Shown here: piece by piece, positions 40,901-48,846 of the stretch
Position numbering within the stretch: position 1 is the first letter of the stretch
Layout: every line of letters begins with the position of its first letter
Source: an uncultured Bdellovibrionales bacterium
GTDB taxonomy: Bacteria; Bdellovibrionota_C; UBA2361; SZUA-149; DAOLCO01
Assembly: GCA_964612555.1 (NCBI GenBank)
Contig: CAZTBW010000005.1
Coordinates: forward strand, 69,066 to 133,065
Reading direction: 5' to 3'
DNA: 64,000 bases
Program-made: the position numbers and the translations under genes
The notes under the pieces: generated by a model
Seen by the model: only the letters and a program-made list of their open reading frames with translations
Told to the model about the DNA's origin: nothing
Database searches by the model: none

Positions 40901-41869
40901 TTAAGGATATGCAGCACTTTTTATAAAATAAACTCCCCCACTACCCACGCTCTTAACGTGAGCAGGAACAGACATAAAATTTGAAAGATTCCTTATTCCA
41001 TGCACAACCGTATTATCAAAAGTTACACCACTTGAATTGGAAACCACCAGAGAAGCTGAAGTCGAATTGATAGCGTAGGTTCCACGAATGACACTGTTTT
41101 TTATCACTATATCTCTCGATCCTGAAATTAGAAATCCATTATGAACCGCTCCATCAATAATAAGCCCTTCAAAAAGAATTCCTCTACACCCATAAACTCT
41201 GACACCTGACTTAAAAGAGTTGGATTTCAATATAGGGATCTCACCAGGATAGTTTTTGAATGTAATCATGTTAGAAGGAGTAGCTTGAAGCCCGGATATG
41301 TTCAACATCGTGTTCTGTACCTGAGCACCTGAGTCATATCCATAGAGACCAGAAAATAAATATACGACATCCCCTCCCTGAAGAGTTGAACCCTTTACCA
41401 AAGAATCAATTGATTTCATACGATTTGAAAAACTGCCACTGCCAGAAACAGTACCAAAAACAGAATCTGCGTAGTAGCAAGTACCTGTAGAGGATTCACA
41501 GAGCGGGGTACAAACGCAACTCGAAAATGAACCATTTGCCTGACAGGTTTTATACCCCTTACCACAGGAGGCTTCACATCCAACCGAGATACCGGGATAT
41601 ACAAAACGATTGGTATCATCACAATCCTGAGAAGCAGGAAATCCATCTCTATCCTTATCATTTCCCGGACAAAGCGTATCAATACCGTCACAGTTTTCAT
41701 CAAGTCCGTTACCACAAACCTCACCACCTCCCTGACAAGACTCAAATTCAATCGAAGTGAGTTGCAGCATATCCTGAGAAATCGCATCTAAACTATATGT
41801 AACGATGAGGAAAAAAACAGATAGCGATAAGAAAAGCTGCCTGATAAATTGCATTCTGATACATTGCAT
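40901..41869 (-). CDS. secreted protein with a MopE-like Cys-rich Asp-repeat module followed by a right-handed parallel beta-helix (pectate-lyase-fold) domain
   Basis: Signal peptide. CGNGLDENCDGIDTLCPGNDKDRDGFPASQDCDDTNRFVYPG resembles the DG-x-DNDCDG putative metal-binding repeat. The C-terminal NSVIRGTYAINSTSASLVVSNSSGVTFDNTVVHGIRN gives beta-helix rungs. Confidence 0.55.
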   Translation of the reverse strand: MQCIRMQFIRQLFLSLSVFFLIVTYSLDAISQDMLQLTSIEFESCQGGGEVCGNGLDENCDGIDTLCPGNDKDRDGFPASQDCDDTNRFVYPGISVGCEASCGKGYKTCQANGSFSSCVCTPLCESSTGTCYYADSVFGTVSGSGSFSNRMKSIDSLVKGSTLQGGDVVYLFSGLYGYDSGAQVQNTMLNISGLQATPSNMITFKNYPGEIPILKSNSFKSGVRVYGCRGILFEGLIIDGAVHNGFLISGSRDIVIKNSVIRGTYAINSTSASLVVSNSSGVTFDNTVVHGIRNLSNFMSVPAHVKSVGSGGVYFIKSAAYP

Positions 41870-42008
41870 AGCAAGCCCCGGTTATTATAACTACTGTTTC
41901 GGAGGAGTATATTATACTATTCTATCCTAGTTTCCAGAATTAGTGAAGGATTGTTTTTACTAAATTATTGTTTATTCATCAGGATTTCAACTTCTTACAT
42001 TTCCCGGC

Positions 42009-43451
42009 ATGTCATTACTTCAACAAATGATTATTGGTGGTTCCTGGTTGAGTCTGTGCAAACTCATCAGCCAGATCATTTCCTGGACTGCTACTATAGT
42101 AGTAACCAGACTCCTCACTTCACAGGATTATGGTCTTATGGAAATGGCAACCATTTTCACTGGATACATTAGTTTTTTTGTTGAATTCGGGATTGGTACG
42201 GGCATCATCAACAAGGACAAAATCTCAAAAGAAGAACTTTCTTCAACATTCTGGTTTCTTCTGCTCTGGGGACTTCTACTGGCGGTTACCTGTCTTGGAC
42301 TTGCACCCGTAACTGTCAGCTTCTTTTCAGAACCAGGATTATATCATCTCACTCAGGCAGTCGGGATTCTGTTTATAATATCTTCGCTCTCAATTGTACC
42401 AAGGAGCATCCTGCATCGAGACCTCAGATTTAAGGAAGTAGGAATAATTGAGATCATCAGTGTTGTCACCTCCTGCCTGATAATGGTGATAGCTGCCATG
42501 TATGGAGCAGGACCATGGACTTTACTTCTTGGGCATATCAGTAAAGAATTAATAAGTCTGATTCTATTTTTTGTCCGTTCCAGATTTATACCTTCATTCT
42601 GTTTTTCCTTTTACCTCTTCACACCACTGTTAAGGTTCGGTACTCCTGTGGTGCTTTCAACTTCACTTTATTATATTTACACCAAAGCTGATCGCTTCTT
42701 TGGTGGGAGAGCTTTTGGAGCAGAAGAGCTTGGATATTATGCAATTGGGCTTCAACTTGCGGCAATCCCGGTCGAAAAAATTGTATCAATACTCCAAAGT
42801 GTTCTCTTTCCAGCACTCTCAAAACTCAAACATCAAAGAGAAAACTTTAATACAGTATATCTTTCCTTTGTAGAATTTCTGGGGCTTATAACATTTCCGC
42901 TCTTTATAGGTGGCATATTAGTTGCTCCTGAACTTGTCATTGTAGTTCTTGGTGAAAAGTGGCGACCTGCTATACCTCCTTTACAAATCCTCCTTGCAGG
43001 ACAACTGGTAATGGCAATTTCTGCACCAAACGGACTTATTCATGCAGCAAGAGGAGTTCCCAAGTGGAATCTTGTTTTTAATATGATTCTTACTCCCGCT
43101 CTGGTGGTCGGATTTTATTTCAGTGCAAAAGAGGATGAGCTCTACAAACTGGCACTGCCCTGGGTAACTATTTTTCCCCTGTTTCAGGGAGCATACATTT
43201 ACATAACAAACAGAGAGCTTGGTATCACTATGCGACGATACCTTTCACACCTCATGCACCCGTTTTTTGCCTGTCTTTGTATGAGTGCATGCATCATGGG
43301 GATTAACTCATTCTGGTCTGAATCAAAAGAAACCCCGTATTATCTTTCCATAACTATTCCACTTGGAGCACTTTCTTATTGTTTATATTTCATGACAATT
43401 GGAAAGAATTCTATAAAAAGACTTCTGGAACTGAGACACGGCAATATTTAA
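42009..43451 (+). CDS. wzx: Wzx-type oligosaccharide flippase (MOP superfamily polysaccharide biosynthesis protein)
   Basis: 480 aa, about 12 TM helices, with an N-terminal block MSLLQQMIIGGSWLSLCKLISQIISWTATIVVTRLL typical of Wzx/RfbX. Confidence 0.75.
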   Translation: MSLLQQMIIGGSWLSLCKLISQIISWTATIVVTRLLTSQDYGLMEMATIFTGYISFFVEFGIGTGIINKDKISKEELSSTFWFLLLWGLLLAVTCLGLAPVTVSFFSEPGLYHLTQAVGILFIISSLSIVPRSILHRDLRFKEVGIIEIISVVTSCLIMVIAAMYGAGPWTLLLGHISKELISLILFFVRSRFIPSFCFSFYLFTPLLRFGTPVVLSTSLYYIYTKADRFFGGRAFGAEELGYYAIGLQLAAIPVEKIVSILQSVLFPALSKLKHQRENFNTVYLSFVEFLGLITFPLFIGGILVAPELVIVVLGEKWRPAIPPLQILLAGQLVMAISAPNGLIHAARGVPKWNLVFNMILTPALVVGFYFSAKEDELYKLALPWVTIFPLFQGAYIYITNRELGITMRRYLSHLMHPFFACLCMSACIMGINSFWSESKETPYYLSITIPLGALSYCLYFMTIGKNSIKRLLELRHGNI

Positions 43452-43452
43452 G

Positions 43453-44688
43453 ATGGAATCGCACAAGAAGAAAATACTTGTAGTAACAGATCAAGTCCCA
43501 AGGGATTCATCTCAGGCGGGAGCACCAAGGATCTTTGAACTCTGCAAGGCACTTAAAGACAAGTATGAGTTTCATCTGTTTCTGATAACATCAGATGACC
43601 CTGAAATTGAGATCCTCAACCTTGAACGGGTTTTCTCTCAGGTTCACATCAGATATTTTGATTCTTCCATCACCGAAACTTCAAAAAGACTGTTTCGTCT
43701 TCTAAGCCCCACTGCAAGCTTTGATTATCGCATAACCCACAAAAAAGAATTACAAAACATAAGATCTGAAATACGTGAACATTATACCACCGAGGGTTTT
43801 GGTGGCATCCTGATCGACCAACTCAGAGCCTCCCAGTTTATTGATGATACACTCAAACAACATGCCGTTCTTGATTTTTGCGACTGTCTTACAAAACTTA
43901 ATTTCAGATATGTAAAAGGAATGGGCTCAGTACGATGCAGGCTTTCAACCATAATGGCTGTAATTGGTCTCTTTTTCTGGGAGCGTTCAGAGGCAAGGAA
44001 AGTATATGCAAGTTGTCTCGTATCCGGGGATGACCTTGGTATATTTAAATGGGGTCTAGCTGAAAAATCTATTCCTCACATCGTCCCTCTGGGTATAGCT
44101 ACTGATTACTTTTTCAGTAAGTCCCCTCTCCCTTCAAAGCACTCATTAATGTTTTTCGGCACACTGAATTATACTCCCAATACCGATGCCTGTATATGGC
44201 TTGCACAGGAGATATTTCCTTTGATAAAAAAATCATTCCCTGAAAGTACTCTTGAGATTATCGGAGCCAATGCCCCACAAAAGGTTTTAAGTCTTTCCGC
44301 TATTCAAGGAGTCAGTATCTTTACTGATGTCCCGGATATACGTCCATATATTGAAAGAAATGCGATATGTCTTACCCCGCTTCGGCTTGGTGCCGGTGTC
44401 AAGAACAAGATTCTTGTAGCGATGTCCTTGGAGCGTCCCGTAATCAGCACTCAGATTGCACTTGAGGGTCTTCATAATAAAATCAGTAATCAGGCACTTG
44501 TTGGTAATACCCCGGAGGAGCTTGCAAAAAGAGTCACTGATTTGTTTTCCATAATTTCTTCCGAGTCTTCCCGTGATAAGTTTTCAGAAAAGCTGAAAAA
44601 CATAAGGAACAATGTTATAAGCATATATTCCTGGGAGATATGTGCAGAACCACTTGATAAACTTCTTGATAAAGCTTCTACATCCTGA
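43453..44688 (+). CDS. glycosyltransferase family 4 (GT-B, group 1) protein
   Basis: The C-terminal half has a GT1/GT4 fold signature (FFGTLNYTPNTDA...LRLGAGVKNKILVAMSLERPVIST). The start is 2 nt after the wzx stop. Confidence 0.65.
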   Translation: MESHKKKILVVTDQVPRDSSQAGAPRIFELCKALKDKYEFHLFLITSDDPEIEILNLERVFSQVHIRYFDSSITETSKRLFRLLSPTASFDYRITHKKELQNIRSEIREHYTTEGFGGILIDQLRASQFIDDTLKQHAVLDFCDCLTKLNFRYVKGMGSVRCRLSTIMAVIGLFFWERSEARKVYASCLVSGDDLGIFKWGLAEKSIPHIVPLGIATDYFFSKSPLPSKHSLMFFGTLNYTPNTDACIWLAQEIFPLIKKSFPESTLEIIGANAPQKVLSLSAIQGVSIFTDVPDIRPYIERNAICLTPLRLGAGVKNKILVAMSLERPVISTQIALEGLHNKISNQALVGNTPEELAKRVTDLFSIISSESSRDKFSEKLKNIRNNVISIYSWEICAEPLDKLLDKASTS

Positions 44689-44690
44689 AC

Positions 44691-45566
44691 ATGAACAGTA
44701 CCACGTATAAAGAAAACTCATATTTTTTTAAAGGTGTCATACTCTGTCTACTTGGAGTTTTTTCACTCATAGGGGGAGCTCTTCTGGTGTACTATCAGAA
44801 TGAGACCAGGACTTCTCTCCGTGAAGAGATGATTTCTTCGGTAAATATTCCGGGTTCTATTGAGCTAAGAGAATTACCAAAGGAATTTCCGGAAGATAAG
44901 CCTTTTTCAGTACTACTGGATACTCAAATAATATCTTCTCATGCAAGGGTCTCAAAAAATCCTTTTCTAAGAACATTCCAGTATCAGTTTAACATTCCTT
45001 TACGTGTAGAATATTACCGTGTCGATGGTTCTTATACGGAACAAAAAATAAATATCTCCTCAGATGACCCACTTTTACGTGCAAGTCTTCAGAGTATAAA
45101 CATTCATGGTCAGGAATTTATAAGAATTCCGCTGTTTTCCTTAAAAAACTTTAAAGACTATGAGTCAGTAAAAATAAATTTTGAAGAGAGTGAAGAAGGA
45201 GCAGAAAGTACTTTATATGAATCAATCATACTCTTGCAGGAGGCAGAGGAGTCCTTACTTCTACAATTATACCTCCCCTTTATCCTAATTTTTTCCGGAA
45301 TTATAATTTTTCACTTTGGTATATTCTATTTTCTGATTGGCTTTTTTCACAGAAACCTGGAGCCTGGTCAAAAAAGCCATACCCTTGCAATAATTTTATC
45401 ATTACTCTTTGGGGTTCTCGGCTTTGACAGATTCTACCTCGGGTACCCCTTTCTGGGCATATTAAAAGGAATGACCTTTGGAGGTCTAGGGTTCTGGTAT
45501 TTCTACGACCTCTTCAAAATAACCTCCGGCACCCTGAAAGATAGTAAAAATAGTGAATTAATTTAG
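44691..45566 (+). CDS. TM2-domain membrane protein with an about 190-aa N-terminal extracytoplasmic domain
   Basis: The C terminus has ILSLLFGVLGFDRFYLGYPFLGILKGMTFGGLGFWYFYDLF, the TM2 (NINE) domain consensus with the DRFYLG motif. There is one N-terminal TM/signal anchor. It follows the GT4 gene by 3 nt. Confidence 0.7.
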   Translation: MNSTTYKENSYFFKGVILCLLGVFSLIGGALLVYYQNETRTSLREEMISSVNIPGSIELRELPKEFPEDKPFSVLLDTQIISSHARVSKNPFLRTFQYQFNIPLRVEYYRVDGSYTEQKINISSDDPLLRASLQSINIHGQEFIRIPLFSLKNFKDYESVKINFEESEEGAESTLYESIILLQEAEESLLLQLYLPFILIFSGIIIFHFGIFYFLIGFFHRNLEPGQKSHTLAIILSLLFGVLGFDRFYLGYPFLGILKGMTFGGLGFWYFYDLFKITSGTLKDSKNSELI

Positions 45567-45643
45567 CTTATTACATATAATATTGCATGAATTTTTACTA
45601 AAAATATTTGCATTTCATGTCTTAGTGGCTTATAATTGTCAGT

Positions 45644-46228
45644 ATGAAACCAAAAAAGCAGAATTTGCTGTTAGATCAAATGGAAGCGGGGCGTGTGTAT
45701 AGACGTCAGGAGCTGTCTTCTTTCTCAAAAGCAGTGGACAGAGATTTAGCTGCACTTGTGAAAGAAAAGAAAATAGAAAAGGTGGGGGCGGGTCTTTATT
45801 ATAAACCGATGGTTTCCAGCTTTGGATTATTACCCCCCGAACAACGTGAAATAGTTCGAGCTTTTTTAAAAACAGATGATTTTCTTCTTACTTCGCTGAA
45901 TTACTTTAATGGTCTTGGGGTTGGTTTAACTCAGCTCAGTAACGAAATGCTTGTCTATAATCGCAAACGTACAGGAAAGTTCAATCTTGGTGGCTTGGTT
46001 TATAACTTTCAAAGACCACTGAATTTTCCACGACCCTCAGAAATAAATGAAGAATATCTATTTGTTGATATGCTCAATAACTACGAAAACCTTTACGAAC
46101 CTCCAGAGCAATTCAAAAACATTCTCAAGAAAAAAGCCACAAAGCTTAAGAAAAAAGAATTGCTGCATGCGGTAAATATGTATGGCAAGGTCAGAACAAA
46201 TAAAAAACTGCAAGAACTTTTAAGTTAA
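45644..46228 (+). CDS. AbiEi-like antitoxin (type IV toxin-antitoxin system, transcriptional regulator component)
   Basis: 194-aa protein located 4 nt upstream of an AbiEii nucleotidyltransferase gene. The N terminus is winged-helix-like (RVYRRQELSSFSKAVDRDLAALVKEKKIEKVGAGLYY). Assignment is mainly by genomic context. Confidence 0.55.
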   Translation: MKPKKQNLLLDQMEAGRVYRRQELSSFSKAVDRDLAALVKEKKIEKVGAGLYYKPMVSSFGLLPPEQREIVRAFLKTDDFLLTSLNYFNGLGVGLTQLSNEMLVYNRKRTGKFNLGGLVYNFQRPLNFPRPSEINEEYLFVDMLNNYENLYEPPEQFKNILKKKATKLKKKELLHAVNMYGKVRTNKKLQELLS

Positions 46229-46231
46229 GTA

Positions 46232-47179
46232 ATGACTAAAACACCCTTTCTTCATGAATTACCCGAGTTTGCAGAAGTAATTCAAAGCGTCTCACAGCAA
46301 AGAAAGATAGCAAACCAGCTTGTTGAAAAAGATTACTGGTTAATGCATGTTTTATGGGGATTACAGAATTGCGGTCTTACATATGAACTAAAAGGAGGGA
46401 CTTCACTTTCTAAAGGATGGAACATCATTCACCGCTTTTCAGAAGATATTGATATAAAAATATTCCCACCTGAAGACCTGAAAGTTTACTTTGGCAGGAA
46501 TCATTCAAAACCTAAACATCGAAAAAGCAGAGAAGAACATTTTCACTGGTTGCTGGGGGTATTAAATATTCCTGGCACTATATATGTTAATCGAGATTTG
46601 AGTTTTGATGATCATGATATTCGCAGTGTGGGTTACAGAATTGGATATACTTCTCTTTATAATTCATTCCTCGGGGTAAAAACTGATATTCTGCTTGAAG
46701 TTGGCTTTGACACGACAACACCGAATGAGCACCAGGATATTTCATCATGGGTATATGATTTAGTGAAGGAGGCTGGCTTAAAAGTACAGGATAATCGGGC
46801 AAAGGAAGTCCCTTGTTATCTTCCTGAATATACCTTCGTTGAAAAACTGAGTGCCATATCAAAAAAATATCGCCAGGAGACAGGTGGAAAATCAGTACAA
46901 AATTTCACTCGCCACTACTACGACATTTATCAGCTCTTGCAGCAGGAACGAATTATTACGTTTATTGGGACAGAAGAGTATTTCATACACAAATCTGCAA
47001 GATTCAATAAGGATGATGAGATGAACATATCAGACAATCCTGCCTTTACTTTATCAAACACTGAAATAAGAGAACGCTATTCAGAGCGATTTGCTAATTC
47101 ATCAGGACTATATTTTCACGAACAACCGAGTATCGAAGCAATACTGAACAAGATAAATATGCATATTCATAAACTGTAG
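46232..47179 (+). CDS. AbiEii/AbiGii-family nucleotidyltransferase toxin (DUF1814)
   Basis: LKGGTSLSKGWNIIHRFSEDIDIKIF matches the GGTxL...RxSxDxD nucleotidyltransferase signature of AbiEii. 315 aa. Confidence 0.8.
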   Translation: MTKTPFLHELPEFAEVIQSVSQQRKIANQLVEKDYWLMHVLWGLQNCGLTYELKGGTSLSKGWNIIHRFSEDIDIKIFPPEDLKVYFGRNHSKPKHRKSREEHFHWLLGVLNIPGTIYVNRDLSFDDHDIRSVGYRIGYTSLYNSFLGVKTDILLEVGFDTTTPNEHQDISSWVYDLVKEAGLKVQDNRAKEVPCYLPEYTFVEKLSAISKKYRQETGGKSVQNFTRHYYDIYQLLQQERIITFIGTEEYFIHKSARFNKDDEMNISDNPAFTLSNTEIRERYSERFANSSGLYFHEQPSIEAILNKINMHIHKL

Positions 47180-47526
47180 GGGCTTGGCTTGTTTACTCTG
47201 AGCCTGCCGAAGGTTCCCCTGCCCACCCATAACATAGTAAAATCAAATACTTACAGCATAACATACCAAGCATTCCTTTTTGGTGAGTCACTGAGAAAAG
47301 CCGGGGGCGATTACTTGACATAAATAATGGTTTTTTGTAGGTTGGGGCTGTATTTTCAGTTCTTTTAGAATGACCCCATCAGTGTATGGAGAATTTGTAT
47401 CTTTATAAGGTATTTGAATAATACTTTTTAAAGTAAGTACAAATTCTTGCGGGAAATTCGTCTTATGTTTCCTGCGCGTTAATAAGGTTTTAGCGTAGGT
47501 AATAACTTTTCCGCTCAAGGAGTATT

Positions 47527-47580
47527 TCTCGAAGTGTTTCGAGACTCTGAGGAGCACCTGTCTTTTTCCTGAAAGGAAAA
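47527..47580 (+). promoter_or_regulatory. 5' leader hairpins upstream of gene 47585: TCTCGAA-GTGT-TTCGAGA (47527-47544) and the SD-occluding UUUUCC-UGAAA-GGAAAA (47564-47580, a fourU-thermometer-like arrangement)
   Basis: Perfect 7-bp and 6-bp stems read directly from the sequence. The second stem pairs the AGGAAAA Shine-Dalgarno region (5-11 nt before the ATG at 47585) with an upstream U-run. Confidence 0.4.
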
Positions 47581-47584
47581 AACC

Positions 47585-48730
47585 ATGAAGAAGTATACGT
47601 CCCGACTGGTGGCATTCGCCACGAGTCTCTGTCTTTGTCTCGCTTCCCAAACTTACGGGAACGATGATGATAATCGAAGCTTAGCAGATATAGCTGCAAG
47701 CATCGAGGCAAAATTTGAAGAAATGAATGGGAATCTCTCCGACATCAGGGAGGGGTACCGGGAATTCGAGCAGCTTCAGAATGAGGAATTGAAAAAATTG
47801 ACCGACGCTGGGCTTCGTGTGCACCGTGTTGATTTGGCTTCCTACGAAGCTAATCAGGCGGAAATCCTTTCAAATCTTGGTGTTGAGTACGACGCCATTG
47901 CGCTTGATCTGGAAGCCGGACAGGCTGAGAGATTTTACACAACGGTTGCAAACCGTACTGGGTACACATCTATCCTTGATTCACACGGAAATGTATATTT
48001 CCAGGAAGGTCAAGAGTTAGTCAGTGCCCAGAGCGTGCTGCAGAACTCTGGTACTGGTGGTTACAATCTATACCAACCCCAGTATCAGCAACAATACCAG
48101 CCTTGCTACCCACAGCAACAGTACTGCCAACCCTGCTACCCGCAACAACAGATGTGTGGGAACGCTTGCAACCCATGCCCTGGTGCACATGAGTTTCAAC
48201 AGTACAATCAGGGCAGAAGAATGGGACAAAGGGTATTCGGACACGGCTATAACGGTCGTACTTTCCGTAGCACCCTCCAAGCAGCCCCGTTAATGCACCC
48301 CTATGTGTTGACGGATCTCTTTGGATTCAAGGATGGGCGCCTGTTCAGCAGATTAGAGAACCCTACACGAATAGGTGAAGGGCGTGCTCTTAATTTTATG
48401 TTCCCTCGTATTCGCTACAAAAATGGATATATTTGTAGTGAGCACGACATGCGAGTACATCTCGCAAGGCGCCAACTGGCTATCATATTGAGCACGTCCA
48501 TCGCTGTTGGTGGTGGAAGTGGCGGTGGTGGACCTAAACCAGGACCAGGTCCGGGACTCCGTCCACCGGGAACTCTGTTCTGCCCGGGTTGCCTTGGATT
48601 CGGGATGTTGGATGCAACATACCCCGACCCCGTGGTCAATCCACAAGGGTATCTGTATCCAGAAGACCCGAACCTCCGCTATCGTCGGACAGGAAGGGGA
48701 CACCTTTTAGAAACCCATCTTGCCGCTTAG
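47585..48730 (+). CDS. secreted protein with a Gln/Pro/Cys-rich repeat (QPCYPQQQYCQPCYPQQQMCGNACNPCPG) and a Gly/Pro-rich segment. Unknown function.
   Basis: Signal peptide (MKKYTSRLVAFATSLCLCLASQTYG). A coiled-coil-like N-terminal domain. Low-complexity QQ/Cys repeats and GGGSGGGGPKPGPGPGLRPPG. Confidence 0.55.
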   Translation: MKKYTSRLVAFATSLCLCLASQTYGNDDDNRSLADIAASIEAKFEEMNGNLSDIREGYREFEQLQNEELKKLTDAGLRVHRVDLASYEANQAEILSNLGVEYDAIALDLEAGQAERFYTTVANRTGYTSILDSHGNVYFQEGQELVSAQSVLQNSGTGGYNLYQPQYQQQYQPCYPQQQYCQPCYPQQQMCGNACNPCPGAHEFQQYNQGRRMGQRVFGHGYNGRTFRSTLQAAPLMHPYVLTDLFGFKDGRLFSRLENPTRIGEGRALNFMFPRIRYKNGYICSEHDMRVHLARRQLAIILSTSIAVGGGSGGGGPKPGPGPGLRPPGTLFCPGCLGFGMLDATYPDPVVNPQGYLYPEDPNLRYRRTGRGHLLETHLAA

Positions 48731-48846
48731 CAGGTAATACAGGGTCGAACGTAAAAACGATCACGTATCTGTCTTAACAGGTACGTGATCAGGTTTTTTA
48801 TTGAGCTTTCTGACACGCGCAGGAAGCTCCTTTTCTTTTTTTAGTA

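Noticed and set aside
41416-41787. 123-aa minus-strand and 77-aa plus-strand ORFs inside the beta-helix protein gene
   Set aside because: They are alternate-frame or antisense readings within a gene that has a clear signal peptide and domain structure.
47288-47711. Two minus-strand ORFs (120 aa and 73 aa) in the 47180-47584 intergenic region
   Set aside because: They overlap the leader and start of the 47585 gene, lack an RBS, and their products are low complexity. The region more plausibly holds promoter and leader structures.
48061-48180. Short direct DNA repeats (CCTTGCTACCCACAGCAACAGTACTGCCAA / CCCTGCTACCCGCAACAACAGATGTG) considered as a possible CRISPR or minisatellite
   Set aside because: They are only two or three units long, in frame, and encode the PCYPQQQ(Y/M)C peptide repeat. 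There are no spacer-repeat periodicity, leader or cas genes.
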